Positions 43,784-58,608 are shown, counted from the stretch's first letter. The stretch: 64,000 bases of DNA from Octopus vulgaris (GCA_951406725.2 OX597836.1:17422001-17486000); one strand, 5' to 3'. Notes: a model not told the origin generated them from the letters alone. Made by a program: numbers and translations.

Positions 43784-44792
43784 ATATACATTCTTAAGGT
43801 GGTGCTACAACATGGGCGCAGTAAAATGACTGAAACATGTAACTGAATAAAATAACATACGTATAGTCATATATATATATATACACACACGCACACACAC
43901 ACACATACACACACACATCCATATACAAATATAGCAATATGTAGACTCGTTAACACGGATCACTTTTCCTTCGCTATTTTCACACATTTCTATTTGTTTT
44001 TTCTGACCCGAAAGATGAAAGGCACTTTTCTTAGTGTTTAATCGTTAAACCAACACCTTTGTGAAAAAAACAAAAACTGTTCCTGCTCGTTTTATTTTCT
44101 TTTTTAGCTCAATACATATTATGTATTTATGTATATACATACATACATACATACATACACACACACATATGCATATATACATATATATATATCGTAAATT
44201 TGAGGGTAATAAATTACCCTGTGCTTACCAACCACATGGCCACGGACCCAGTCCCCAAAATGTCCTTCTTCCTTACTAGTCGCATAAAAATGTGCTTCTT
44301 CGTCCCTTTTTTAAGGTAAAATATATGGTAGTATTTCTAAGCATAATCGGACGTGCCAATTACAGTCATGTGCAAATTATTTTGTACGTTGTAGAAAGAA
44401 AACGCAAGAATAAATTATGTGAAGCCAAAGGCAAATCCACAGTAACGGAGTTCAAGTTCCCGTATTATCTAACTGACAACAACACAACAGAAACTGAAAA
44501 TAAGCTCGACCTACATCTCTTACAGGGATTCCTTGATTAGTGCAGTTAATTAATTCTCGCGAAACACCACATATACCAAAACCACACTTATTATTGCATT
44601 GGTTCTTAGGCTCAAGCCTAAGAACCAATGCAATAATTATAATGAACCCTGGAAAATACCAAAATTTTAAATAATTTTTTTCACTCAAAGCATATCTATA
44701 ATGCATTTGTATTTACTTTAAAACATTGAGGAATATTTCGTTTTTGGATTTGGTTTGCAAGATTCTTTATATGAGTTCGTGTGTTGAAGCAT

Positions 44793-44984
44793 ATTCTGTT
44801 GTGTCTGGGAGAGTCATTTTCTTTTTGTGCCTTATAATGTAACACACTCACTATTGAAAAGGTTGCAAGACGCAACGAAAATTTTAGGAAAATAAAAGTA
44901 AGAAATAAGTGGAAATTTTACCAGCGTGTGTATTACATTATAAGGCACAACAAGAAAATGACTCTCCCCAGACACAACAGAATT
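44793..44984. repeat. Inverted repeat, about 55-bp arms
   Basis: ATTCTGTTGTGTCTGGGAGAGTCATTTTCTTTTTGTGCCTTATAATGTAA pairs with TTACATTATAAGGCACAACAAGAAAATGACTCTCCCCAGACACAACAGAAT. Confidence 0.85.
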
Positions 44985-45119
44985 AAAAAAAAATATAGTA
45001 AGATTTAAATTTTGTTTTTTAATAAAAACTTTAACTTCAATTAAACAGTGATAGCTCTTTTCCTTTCCTCCATGATTTTGCGATAACAATCAAATTACTT
45101 ATCTAGCCTTCAACGATCG

Positions 45120-46160
45120 TTCATGCATCTCTTTTCATTTGAATCAATCACTTGAACGACTTCTTTTGCTTTTTCAATTGTTTGTAACACTTCTTCAAGT
45201 TTTTTGACTAAAATATTTTTGGGTGTGGTTTCTACGTCTTCTGCCTCCTCTTCATCTCCTTCGTGAGCTTTTTGATGCTTCATTCCAAGAAGACTGTTCT
45301 TACTTAGTTTTTATGCTGTTTTTTTGAAGCGATTCCGATAATTCTCAAACATTTTCCAAATCTAGATTCTTAATTCCTCAAAGCAGAGGTCTTTTCCAAT
45401 TGTAGCAATTTCATCAATAACTTAATTGTTGGACTTATTCAAACCGAAAACAATCGTTAGTGAATTCAGGCAAAAGAATCTACCAACTGCTCTCATGCAG
45501 CTGCCTGCTACTTCCAAAACTTGCGAATGTTTTCAACTGTTTGTTTAAAATCAATTCTCCCCCCACCCAATTTTCAAGCGAGATTGAATTATCTCCAGTT
45601 ATAACTTGGATTATCTGGCGAAAGTTCTTCGCAGATAATACACTTTGAATGTAGAAATCACTCATAGGTCGATCGGCTGTAGTAAAGAAGTCGTATTTGG
45701 TAGAAGAAATATAACCTTCACATTGTTATTTAAATCATTAAGTGAGGTGGGATGTCCAGGGGCATTTTCTAAAATTTAAAGAACTTTGAAATCTAAATTA
45801 ATACTATTTTTTTTTTTGCAATATTTTTCAAATGTGGAGCAAAAAATGCATATTGAACCATTCTTCAAACAACTGCTTTGTCACCCAAGTCCTTTTATTC
45901 GGTTCCCAAATTACTGAAAGGGATTGCCTTGTTACTGCCTTTTAATGTTCTTGGGTTCATTGAACGATAAATTAACACCGGTTTTAATTGCATTCAACTT
46001 TGGCATCATCTCCGAGTAGAAGTGTTAATCTAACCTTGTGTCGTCACCTCTTTTCTTGCCAGAAAATTTCTTGACATTTTTTTTACCAGAATAGGTCAGT
46101 TTCGTCGACATTGAAGATTCTACGATAATCCAACCAATTTTCTTCAATTATATCTGTGCG
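45120..46160 (-). pseudogene. Decayed pogo/Tigger-type DDE transposase
   Basis: Minus-strand fragments RIFNVDETDLFW (about 46086-46122), RLTLLLG, KPVLIYRSMNPRTLKG and WVTKQLFEEWF. Many stops and frameshifts. Confidence 0.8.
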
Positions 46161-46619
46161 CTGATAAATGCTGTTTCTCACTTATGGCCAACCGAACTTA
46201 AACAATAAAATATGACGCAAATAAATAAAATTCTTTAAAAAAAGCGCCTATTGTTTTCTTTTATTAAAAAATCAATCAAAATTTACTTTAAATTGTATAG
46301 AGTATTTTTTATTACGCTGAGACATAAGATATTATAAAAAATCAAAGAAGCAGTAAAAAACCCACAAAATTCGTAGACTGCTGTTTTATCTTAGAAAAAA
46401 AGTTATAACTATAAAATGCAAAAAAAAAAAAAAAAAATTAGAATGATCTCACTGATGCGTTTTTTAAGAATAAACTTTGCCGTGTTAGACTCCACTGAAA
46501 AAGAAAAAAAAAACACATCATTTTTAGAAAAAATTTTCTGATTTTGTTTCTCTATAAAATATTCTTTAAAAATAGGCATGGGTCAATATGGCAACGATAT
46601 TCCTTTGTAATGCAGCCAC

Positions 46620-46815
46620 AAGGGCGGGAATTTTGGAGGAATGTGTCTAGTCGATTATATCGACTTCAGCGCTTGACTGGTACTTAATTTATCGACTCCG
46701 GACGGATGAAAGTAAAAGTCGATCCCGGCGAGATTTGAACTCGGAGTGAAAGTGCAGGTGAAATATTGCAAAGCGTCTCGTCCGACTTGCTAACAAATCT
46801 GCCAGCTCACCGCCT
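46620..46815 (-). mobile_element. Old SINE family B copy
   Basis: CTGGTACTTAATTTATCGAC..GGATGAAAG..AAAGTCGA..ATTTGAACTC..CTGCCAGCTCACCGCC. Confidence 0.75.
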
Positions 46816-47131
46816 CAATATTGCTATGATATTAGGAGTGGGAGTATTTCTGTTTCAAAGGTTTTGAGCAGTAATTAATAGGCGAAAAGCCTTTTTTTTT
46901 TTTTTTAAATAAGAGGGGATCCAGATCTTTTCTATAAACTCACGAAAAAATTTTGGACAACTACACGACTTTTGGTAGAATTTCAAGGAGTTTTGTCGAT
47001 TTATGTTGAATATGCTAGTTAAACAGTACACGACCACATGCGCGAAGGTTTGGCGCAGAACTGAAGATGAGGTGCCGCCAATGCTTCAAAGGGTTTGAGC
47101 AACGACAACAAAAACAAACAAACAAATATAT

Positions 47132-47515
47132 AGGAGTGGCTGTGTGGTAAGTAGCTTGCTAACCAACCACATGGTTCCGGGTTCAGTCCCACTGCGTGGC
47201 ATCTTGGGCAAGAGTCTTCTGCTATAGCCCCGGGCCGACCAATGCCTTGTGAGTGGATTTGGTAGACGGAAACTGAAAGAAGCCTGTCGTATATGTATAT
47301 ATATCTCTTGAGCACCACCAGCAAAAATATTTTTTCCTCTGTCTTCCTTTCTTGGGATCTTCCTTCTCCTTGTTTCCGACGAAGAGCTAAACGTTAAACC
47401 CTCCTTCCCTTCTTTCCTGAGCGTCAATAATATATAATTGTTCCACGTCCTCGTTGCTGTGTTTTTTTTCTTTTTTTTTCTGTGTTTTCTTGTTTGGATT
47501 AACTTTATATATATA

Positions 47516-47551
<36 letters not shown>

Positions 47552-47768
47552 TGTGTTTGTCCCCCTAGCATTGCTTGACAACCGATGCTGGTGTGTTTAC
47601 GTCCCCGTCACTTAGCGGTTCGGCAAAAAAAGAGACCGATAGAATAAGTACCGGGCTTACAAAAGAATAAATCCCGGTGTCGATTTGCTCGACTAAAAAA
47701 AGGCGGTGCTCCAGCATGGCCGCAGTCAAATGACTGAAACAAGTAAAAGAGTAAAAGAGAGTAAAGAG
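47132..47768 (+). mobile_element. SINE family C, full length, with nested insertion at 47305-47505
   Basis: Head and tail are colinear with 27485-27870. The internal (TA)n is interrupted by a Penelope-like fragment. Confidence 0.88.
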
Positions 47769-47812
<44 letters not shown>

Positions 47813-47874
47813 AATTCACTTGCTGTAAACAAAATAAGCCACAATTCATGGCTTTCCAATTAAACAAGTTAAAA

Positions 47875-47915
<41 letters not shown>

Positions 47916-47956
47916 CACAAACAAACGGAAGACAGATATAGAAGGTTGCCAAATCC

Positions 47957-48048
47957 TCATCAGTTATCATTGAAAGGATCTACGCTATTTCGCGCCTTCA
48001 TCGTTGAAGACGTGAAATTGCTTAGATCCTTTGGACGATAACTGATGA
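47957..48048. repeat. Hairpin with about 44-bp arms
   Basis: TCATCAGTTATC..AAAGGATCTA.GC.ATTTC.CG.CTTCA - TCGT - TGAAGACGTGAAATTGCTTAGATCCTTT..GATAACTGATGA. Confidence 0.8.
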
Positions 48049-48112
48049 AGAACTGTCGAGCTTTTGTGTGCTTTTAGTTTCTTTGTCTTATATATATATA
48101 TATATATATATA

Positions 48113-48506
48113 TCTTTATATATAAAAGAGAGGTTGTGTGTCTGTCTGTCTCCTACGATTTAGATTCCTAACTACTCCCACATTTTGCGGTGCAGTTTAA
48201 CCAAAACCGGGTATCTTATAGTCGTGATTCATATCGAGCCCTTCTGCGTATTAGCGCGCGTCTACGATGAGTCTACGATTTAAAAAAGTAACCATCATTT
48301 TTTCCATTTTAAAATTTTTTCGCTATTATATAAGGAAGTAACTCTCTAAAAATGTCTACGATGAGTCAACGATTTAAAAAAAAATTTACCATCATTTTTT
48401 TCCCATTTTTAATGTATTTTTTTGCTATTTTTTGGCTATAACTCTCTAAAAATGCTTATATAGTTATTTCCCTTACAAACCCGAGCAACACCGGGCGATA
48501 CTGCTA

Positions 48507-48507
<1 letters not shown>
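48113..48507 (+). mobile_element. Non-autonomous Helitron
   Basis: 5' TC(TTTATATATAAAA) and a 3' GC hairpin CCCGAGCAACACCGGG followed by CTAG. Inserted between A and T in (TA)n with no TSD. Internal tandem duplication of about 95 bp. Confidence 0.8.
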
Positions 48508-48559
<52 letters not shown>

Positions 48560-48592
48560 ATATATTATCTGTTTTTTAACTCATATATACTT

Positions 48593-49440
48593 ACATGAAG
48601 GAGTACCCAAAAGTAACCGGAAACGTTCTCTGCGAAACAATCCCGTTGTAGTTCAGGGCTCGGCCACTAGAAGCCTCTTGATGTGACTCTGAGGTATCAG
48701 TCTGCCGATCGGCGTTGTCCACTGGGGGTCATGCTGCGACGTGGTGCGTCATTGTTTTGCAGTGCGTCTCACTTGTTCGTTGATTTTTGCGATGGCTTCG
48801 TTTCAGCCATCGCAAAATTCAACGAAGAAACAGCGTGCTTCCGTTAAATTCTGTTTTCTGCTAGGGAAAACGGCTCCCGAAACAGTTGTCATGCTTTGAA
48901 CAGCTTACGAGGACGCTGCCATGAGCAAAACACAAGTTTACGAGTTGTTTTCACGCTTTAGGAACGGTCACTTTTCGCTTGAAGACCAACCTCGTTCATG
49001 GCGACCGTCGACCGCCCGAACATCTTGAACATTCATGAACTGATCTTGGAGGACTGTCACCGAAGAACTGCCGAACTTGTTGATATGACTGGTGTGTCCT
49101 GGAGCTCCTGCCAACGAATTTTGAGCGAGGAATTGCGAATGAAAAGAATTACAGCAAAATTTGCGCCTCGTTTGCTCACGGAAGATCAAAAGCAGTCACG
49201 ACTGAATGCGTGATCTGGACCTTTTTTTCGAAGGTCATCACTGGTTACGAAAGGTGGAATTTGTAGATGTAGAAGAAGTGAAGAAAAAAAAACGATGGAA
49301 GCGTTAAAAGGCATCACTTCGCAAGAATTCCAGCACTGTTTCGAATAATGGAAAAAACGGCGTTTACTCACAGAAGATAAAAAGCAGTCAGTACCTGAAT
49401 GCGTGTCGTGAACTGAAAGAACAGTCAGAAGTTAAAATAC
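48593..49440 (+). mobile_element. Internally deleted mariner (DD34D-type) transposon
   Basis: Left TIR-like TACATGAAGGAGTACCCAAAAGTAACCGGAA. HTH QRASVKFCFLLGKTAPETVVML..YEDAAMSKTQVYELFSRF, then AKFAPRLLT (WVPREL-like), VITGYE, and C-terminal EFQHCFE*WKKR. Confidence 0.85.
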
Positions 49441-49661
49441 GAATAACAACTATCGCACACACGTGCGCGCATACACACGCACTCTCTCTCACATACACAC
49501 ACGCATATACACATACACTACACATGCTCACGCACATGTATACACACCCATTAACAGTCGTTGAAGAATTTCATACTAATTAAAACGCCTCCTTCGAGAT
49601 AGAAATCAGAAACAAGGAAGCCAACAAACAAAAGGAGTAAGAAACACGTGACTAGGTTATA

Positions 49662-50048
49662 GGGAGGAAGCACTCCGTCGGTTACGACGATGAGGGTTCC
49701 GGTTGATCCGAATCAACGAAACAGCCTGCTCGTGAAATTAACGTGTAAGTGGCTGAGCACTCCACAGACACGTATACCCTTAACGTAGTTCTCGGGGATA
49801 TTCAGCGTGACACAGAGAGTGACAAGGCCGGCCCCTTGAAATACAGGTACAACAGAAACAGGAAGTAAGAGTGAGAGAAAGTTGTGGTGAAAGAGTACAG
49901 CAGGGATCACCACCATCCCCTGCCGGAGCCTCGTGAGTTTAGGTGTTTTCGCTCAATAAACACTCACAACGCCCGGTCTGGGAATCGAAACTGGGATCCT
50001 ATGACCGCGAGTCCGCTGCCCTAACCACTGGGCCATTGCGCCTCCGCT
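49662..50048 (-). mobile_element. SINE family A, full length
   Basis: Reverse complement of 3137-3520. TSD ACTAGGTTATA at 49651-49661 and 50049-50059. Confidence 0.93.
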
Positions 50049-50135
50049 ACTAGGTTATATACATAAACACACACACTTATATGTTATATATATATATATG
50101 TTTGCGTGTATATATATATATATATACTTATATAT

Positions 50136-51570
50136 CAGTGATGGGCACAGCCAACTAAAATATTAGCTTCTTTAACAGCTAATCTGCTAACAAAAATGTT
50201 AGCTCGCAAACGCGAATCCGCTAAAAAAAATGTTTAGAAAATAGCGAAAGCTAACGCTAAATGATGACCGCTAACTTTTATGAATCTAGTTTCGATTGGG
50301 TTTTTTGGCTCCAAACCCCTTAAAAACAGAACGAGAGAACTGAAATTTTCACGTTGTTGCTTAGACATATAGCTTTCCAAAAAGCTAAAAAGAAAGATTC
50401 GAGATTTTATTTTATTATTTTTTTGAGGGATTGAGAGTCTGGTTTATTAGAGACCTCCTCCACAACGTCCATTCTTTTTTTTTTATTGGACCAGGAGGAG
50501 GTAATGAGGTTATAGAGCCTTGCTTCGGTTGAGAGTAAATAATATGTATTTTGTCCTATTAAAAAAAATATCAAGATCAGATGATGATCAAGATATAAAC
50601 AAATAATTAAATGAATAATTGAAATTAAACAATAGTTTTTCAGCCAACATACACTTTATTTATTGCACAAAAAGTATTAAACGAATCAAAATGGTATAGC
50701 ATAGGTATCATGCCAAGATCAGATGATCAAGGTGTACTACTCTGGCTGGGCCTTCCCCATTGCCTCGATGCGATGCTGGTTGCCCTCCATAAACATCAAC
50801 CCCTCAGAGTTACCATCTGATCGTCAAAATATCTTGGCCCTCAAAATATCTTTACCTATAGAGAATAGGTGTTCAACTACAACACTGGATGTGATGGCGG
50901 TGTTATACTTGGTAAACAGGACGTTCAAGTCCTACTCACCCAAAAAGGCGACTTCAGTCAGGTCCTCCTTCGAGACGGCCTCCAGCCAGGTCTTCCCCAA
51001 GTTCTGCGTCTTGGATCTCAGTGACCTGTGGATCCTGCTCTCTCGGGACCGAGTGATGCTGCTGAAGAAATAATTTTCCTCATCCTCATTGTTGGTGGTG
51101 CAGCTTCCCTCCTTATTGGTCTCCATTAGGGTTGTCTCTATGACGGTCTCCATGGCGTTCGTTACTCTGCTAACCTGGCTGTTATTATACTGCTCCAACA
51201 AAAACAGGCAAAACTTGGGGTGAAGGTAGCGGCCTGCTGGCACTCCAGGTCTACTAGGATGAGCCTAGACCTTTATATGATGCCTGCTAGTATCACATCT
51301 ACAAGAGGACTGCAGTACAGGAAATGTTTGAACCTGGCCTCCTTCAACTTCATGACCCTGGTCCTCCCACTGGAATTTATCCAAAGCCTTGGCAACATTA
51401 GACATCACCTGAGTGTACTCTGTCAGGAAGCCGACATCATAATCAGTGAAGGGCTTCAGCTTCAGCTGTGTCATTACCCCGTGGATAGCTCCCATTTTCT
51501 TCTCCAGCATGTTGTTAAGGACAACAACAGTCATAGGTAGAGTTCCATGTTTTTGACTCTGACGTTCACC
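50136..51570 (-). mobile_element. hAT transposon 3' part (transposase C-terminus plus terminus)
   Basis: Terminus CAGTGATGGGCA with GCTAA subterminal repeats. Minus-strand TWNST, FLTEYTQVMSNVAKALDKFQ, YLHPKF, and the dimerization-domain-like LFTKYNTAITSSVVVEHLFSIGKDIL..DGNSEGLMF. Confidence 0.85.
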
Positions 51571-51675
51571 AGTGCTTATTCATGGACCTATATCAACCCC
51601 TAGAACAAAATACTTATTATTTCTTTTTGCTCTTTACGGCGATATCAACTTTGATTTTAATCATTTCGCTGTCGA

Positions 51676-51896
51676 TAAAATTAAGAACCAATCAGGTATT
51701 GGGTTCGATAGATTCGACTTATATCCAATCGCTCAAATGGGTAGATTTGTGCCTAACTTTGAAGCAATTTATGGATCTATATGTCTTAAAATTAAGTACC
51801 AATCAGGTATTGGGTTCGATAGATTCGACTTATATCCAATCGCTCAAACGGCTGGATTTGTGCCAAACTTTGAAGCAATTTATGGACATATATATC
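51676..51896 (+). repeat. 111-bp tandem duplication of a decayed family-B SINE 3' part
   Basis: TAAAATTAAG.ACCAATCAGGTATTGGGTTCGATAGATTCGACTTATATCC occurs at 51676 and 51787. Confidence 0.85.
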
Positions 51897-52779
51897 TGGT
51901 TGTCCATTGCTCAATCGTAGATCAGTCCAGCTAAAGGAAAACTATGATAACAAATATCTTGTCTAATTTGTTTTTCAGGCATAATATACCTTGAACTGTA
52001 TTATCTTAAGTCTCATAAACCTAGTTTTAAGATGTTAGTATATGATCTTAAAGAGGTTTGGTGTTTATTTCTAGAACATCTCATAATACTGGAGCTCCCG
52101 GATGCAGTTTGAAGTCAGCCCCTGGACACAACCCCACCATCTATATCCCAGCTAACTCTCCTGTACATACGTCGTCATCCCAACCAACACACTGTTAATG
52201 ACACCCTAAGGAACAGAACCAAATCGTCATTCTAAGATACTTCAAATATGAAAAAAGAAAAAAACGCCCAAAGGAATCGCTTTTACCAAGAGACAGAGTT
52301 TAAGAACATATAATTCAACAATGCCATAATTACCAGCACAGATTCTATAGAAAATCTATCATTGGAGACACGGTCAAAAGAAAACAGTGAGCCCCGCCAC
52401 CACCATCATCATTATATAAAAAAAAAAAAAACAGAAAAAGAAGGAAAAAGCGTTACAGACATAAGGTTTGGTTGCTTGGTTAAGATGTTCGCTCTGTAAA
52501 CAAATTAGACATTGGGCAAGTATCTTCCTCCATAGCCTCGGGGCTAATCATGATTTCTTTTGAAATGTGGCAAACGGATGCCAGTTGTGTGCGTTTGTGT
52601 ATATGGTATGCATGTGTGTGTGTTTTTTGTGTATGTGTGCGTGCTTGTTCATTTGTGGACATACGTATATATATATGTGTGAGTGTGTGTGTGTGTGTGT
52701 GTGTGTCTGTGTGTGTATCTTTTGTGTATGTGTGAGTTTGTGTTTATCTGTATATCTAAATCTATCTATATGACTGTAC

Positions 52780-52876
<97 letters not shown>

Positions 52877-53081
52877 GATATCTTTTAGTTTAGAGTTCTA
52901 CATTGATTATCAACATCCAGTCTGTATCGAGTCTAGTCATTTGGTTACGACTGTAGTTCGTAGTTATGATACAGACACGAGTTATGATACCAGTTATGAT
53001 ACAGACACGAGTTGGAACATTAAATGAAGAGGTTGCAAACGAAGATCATAAATAAACGATATAAAATTGTATTTATCCTAA

Positions 53082-53135
<54 letters not shown>

Positions 53136-53159
53136 CACACACGAGAACCTTTAATTATT

Positions 53160-53305
53160 TTCGTCTGCCAAATCCACTCACGAGGTTTTGGTTTGGTTGT
53201 CCTGAGACTATAGTAGAAGGCACCTTGTTCAGAGGTACCACGCAGTGGTACTGAACCCCGAACCGTGTGGTTGCGAAGCAAACTTCTTACCATACAACCA
53301 CGCCT
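53160..53305 (-). mobile_element. SINE family C 5' half, degraded
   Basis: CCAAATCCACTCAC..CACGCAGTGG.ACTGAACCC..CTTCTTACCA.ACA.CCACGCCT. Confidence 0.7.
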
Positions 53306-53407
53306 GCGCTTGTGACACACGGACACACGCTGTGTGACGGGCCATGGCTTCAATTCCAACCAACAACTCGATCCCTCGCAAATATATACACAAACACACA
53401 TACGCAG

Positions 53408-53447
<40 letters not shown>

Positions 53448-53642
53448 ATACACAAACACACTCATACACAAACTCACACAAACACATACACAGACACACA
53501 TATATTCGATGATGCTTCCCCCACAGGCAATCGAGAGCCTGACCTTTCTTCTTTCCTATAACCAAATAAACAGTTTCTATTTATATCTATAGTTCTTCTT
53601 CTTATTGCTGTTGTTATAATTGTAGTGTTGACGTAATCTTAC

Positions 53643-53742
53643 CGATGGAGTGTTACATCAACACACTCGCCGACCTTGTAAGGATACGACCACGTATGCG
53701 CATGCGCTCAGCTACTCCACTGGAGGCATGAACGCGGCCACA
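53643..53742 (-). other. Candidate 100-nt non-coding exon with NRF1 motif
   Basis: Acceptor TCTGTCTCAG| and donor TCG|GTAAGA, with all three frames closed. TGCGCATGCGC at 53697-53707. Confidence 0.3.
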
Positions 53743-54002
53743 CTGAGACAGACGTACAGAACATGTCATGTTGTTAAGCTAAATGCAGTTATGTTAGACT
53801 AAACTGCTTGTCTATTGACATTAACGTTAAGAAATAATCCAGGGCTTCATGTAGTCCTACACATGTTTGCCTATGTATGTGTTTATAATTATGTGTACGC
53901 CCGCGCATGTATATAAGTATGTATACACCCACGCACGCGCGCACATACGCACACATACACACAAGCACACACAAATACACACAATATATATGTGTATTTG
54001 TA

Positions 54003-54107
<105 letters not shown>

Positions 54108-54310
54108 CATATACACACACATGTATATATATATATACACACACATGTATATGTATGTACAATATGTAATATAAATATAAGTGCATATGTATGTATATAT
54201 ATATATAAATATATATGTGCAAATGTATCAATTACATACCTATGAATAAGGGTGTGTATACATACATAAATACATGCATACATACATACATACATACATA
54301 CATACATACA

Positions 54311-54383
<73 letters not shown>

Positions 54384-54500
54384 ATACATTTGTATATTGA
54401 AAAATACCATACGTGTTTGTATGACCGCACGCCAAAAGGTTTCATAAAAACGAACTTAAGGGATACATATGTATATATTATATCCTTCAAGTTCGTTTGC

Positions 54501-54578
<78 letters not shown>

Positions 54579-54915
54579 GCATATGTGCATTCATTCACAT
54601 ACATCCATAGATGTATTTTCAACAATGTACGATTTCGTGCACGTTTAACTGTACGCATGCGTGCACATCCACAAGAATACACATCATATGTGTGTGTATG
54701 TGTGTTTGTGTTTGCGTGTGTATTTGTGCGCGTGTTGTGTGTGTGTGTATCCCAAAACGTATGAAAAATCCAGTAACGCAAATACGTCAAAGTTTAAAAA
54801 AATACTAACAGCCTCCTCCATTCTCCCTATATCATACAGTTAAAAGGTCAACGGCCATAATTGTTCGGGCAATACAACGTATAACTGGGATTACATATAA
54901 GCTGCATATAATACA

Positions 54916-54998
<83 letters not shown>

Positions 54999-55020
54999 CA
55001 GACATATACACATATATATG

Positions 55021-55096
<76 letters not shown>

Positions 55097-55119
55097 TTAT
55101 ATATATACATATATATATA

Positions 55120-55173
<54 letters not shown>

Positions 55174-55238
55174 ATATATCTATATATGTAAAATATATAT
55201 ATATATATACATACATACGTATATATACATATATATAT

Positions 55239-55292
<54 letters not shown>

Positions 55293-55905
55293 ATATGTAT
55301 ATATATATATATGTGTATATATCTATATTTATATATATACATATATACATATATATAGCTATATATACGCATATACTCACACATATATATATATGTATGT
55401 ATACATGGTACACTTCCCCTACATCGTTATGCGTATTTGTCTACATTGAACATATAATGTTAGTTCTGAGCCCCTTTTTATATTTGCTTTTTTGGCGTAA
55501 GAAAATTGTTTATGTTTTTGTTGTTGTTGTTGTTGTTGGTGGTGGTGGTGATGTTGCCATTTATTTTGTTGTTGTTTTTGGTGGAGGTGGTGTCAGTGCT
55601 GTTGATGTTGTCCTTCTTTATGTTGTCCTTCTTTATGTTGTCCTTCTCAGTGGTGGTGGTGGTGGTGTTGTTGGTAACTTGACATTTTGCGTTTTCATGT
55701 CGATTTCACGACCAAACCAGAATTACATATTTAACACGCGTGTTTGTGGCGTCGGTGTATGTAATATTGTGTATGTGTGTGTGTATATGCTTTTATGATG
55801 TATGCATGTAAATATGCATGCCTGTATGCATATTTATGTATGTCTTTATGTATGCACATATATTTGTATATTATATATATAAATATATAAATGTATATAT
55901 ATATG

Positions 55906-55956
<51 letters not shown>

Positions 55957-55957
55957 G

Positions 55958-55998
<41 letters not shown>

Positions 55999-56067
55999 GT
56001 ATGTATATATATATATATATGTATGTATATATATATATGTATATATATATGTATATATATATATATG

Positions 56068-56136
<69 letters not shown>

Positions 56137-56531
56137 CAGTTCTCTCTCTCTCTCTCTCTACCTATCTGCATATATGTATATGCATACAAGGGAATCTTCG
56201 TAAAAACAGCAAAACGCATTTCAAAGCTCCTATAGTGTTATCGGCTACCAGATGCCATCTCCTGGCAAGACTTTTTCTAAGACTGGATACAGAAGTGAAA
56301 CTACGCTATTGTATAGCATTAATAGTAAAATTTATACAATTATAGAACGATTTTATGTGAACATTTTTGAATTAAAATACAACTTATAGCTGGTGTCTGT
56401 CGCACAAGCAAATTAAAACTTTGTATGTATGTATGTATGTATGTATGTATGTATGTATGTATGTATGTATGTATGTATGTATGTATGTACGTATGTATGT
56501 ATGTATGTATGTATGTATGTATGTATGTATG

Positions 56532-56587
<56 letters not shown>

Positions 56588-57238
56588 TATATATATATAT
56601 GAATATCTGTCTATCTATCAATATATACATATACATCTGCCTACAATAACACATATAGATATATTAACGCATACATACATATATATATTAGTATAGACAC
56701 ACTCATTGACACACACGCACACAAATATACACACATATAACAACAATGTATCGCCGAGAAGTACCACATCATAAAAACGGTTTGTTCAATTAGACGAAAA
56801 TTAAAAAAAAATTTTCCCGTATTTCATATGAGAAATAAAATCACTATAATAATGTCATAATTTTTGTTCAATAAAGTACGCTGAACAATAAACTAATGTA
56901 GGAATTAGTTCTTAGCTGTATCCATTTATACTATAACAAATGCTTGTAATATGCTTTACCCGGAACACGTCAGTAACTGTGTGCGCCTTGTCTGTTCCAA
57001 CTGAGTGAACAGTTCGATCTAGTCTCACACACAGGCACATACACACACACACACACAAACACACGCAAAATCTGTCACTCTCTCTCACTCGCAGACACAT
57101 ACACACACACTATCACTCTCTCATTCACGCACACACACTGAGATTTAGTGGATCATAAAAGGAAGATAACATACTGTAACGTTACCGGTTATGTGCCAAA
57201 TTTTCGATTTCCTTTACAAACATTTCGACTAAATCAAC

Positions 57239-57274
57239 ATGGCGGATTTCAAATTTGGCTTTAGAAATAAAATC
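57239..57274 (+). other. Candidate first coding exon MADFKFGFRNKI
   Basis: CAACATGGCGG (Kozak/YY1-like), then a donor ATC|GTAAGT, in a unique island. Confidence 0.25.
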
Positions 57275-57478
57275 GTAAGTCAATCTCGTGCAGGAATATT
57301 GCAGGTAGTGTAATTAGGTGATCCCCATGATCTTAAATGCATGAATTAATTCCTTCGTCTTTAGTATCGTCTTCAAAGGCCGTTCAGCATTTGGTAACCT
57401 ATATCCTCACCGAACATTTCCAAAATTTTTCATTTAAATTTTAAATTTTACCACTATTACCGTCTCGACGCCGCCGAC

Positions 57479-57524
<46 letters not shown>

Positions 57525-57869
57525 TTATGTAGTGTGTGTGTGTGTACGTGTCTGTGTGTGTTTACGTTTCTATGCTTAGACGTACCAACGCACACAAATT
57601 CGTGAATAAGGACATGGTGTCTCTTTGCTTGTACACAAAATATCTATATCTAAATATAAGTATACATGCCTGCATATATACATATAACAAACACAGACAC
57701 ACACACACGCACGCATGCACACAGACACACGCACGCACACATACAAACACACACAAACAAAAATATGTGTTTGTGTGTGTATATATATATATATTTGTGT
57801 GCGTTTTCTATATTTATTGATACATAAAATATATCACGTAATAATAACGGCATCAAATAATAACTATGA

Positions 57870-58007
<138 letters not shown>

Positions 58008-58118
58008 TGTTTATTTTTATATCCATATCTCTGTATTCCGCATCTATGTATAACACGCCCATAAATGTACAATAGTCCGCATTTGTACATGTATAGGTAC
58101 GTACATATACACGCTCAT

Positions 58119-58198
<80 letters not shown>

Positions 58199-58220
58199 AT
58201 ACACATATACATATATATAT

Positions 58221-58402
<182 letters not shown>

Positions 58403-58564
58403 CACATATGAACATATGCATATGTCCGTTTTATTTAGATTCCATTACATATTTATTGCATATTTATTGCATCGATATGGCGGTACCTGTATATATAACG
58501 AGAAAATATGTCTGATCGTTAACACAGGTATTATGCAAATACACATCATACACACACACATACT

Positions 58565-58595
<31 letters not shown>

Positions 58596-58608
58596 GCATA
58601 TACATACA

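Noticed and set aside
49713-49916. Recurrent 67-aa ORF MVVIPAVLFHHNF (4 copies)
   Set aside because: It is an incidental ORF inside SINE family A, and the similarity reflects recent copying.
51572-51934. 120-aa ORF with an internal 37-aa repeat
   Set aside because: It is produced by a 111-bp duplication of a decayed SINE part.
56960-57018. Possible minus-strand exon
   Set aside because: Weak donor (GTAAAG) and no polypyrimidine tract; the acceptor abuts (TG)n.
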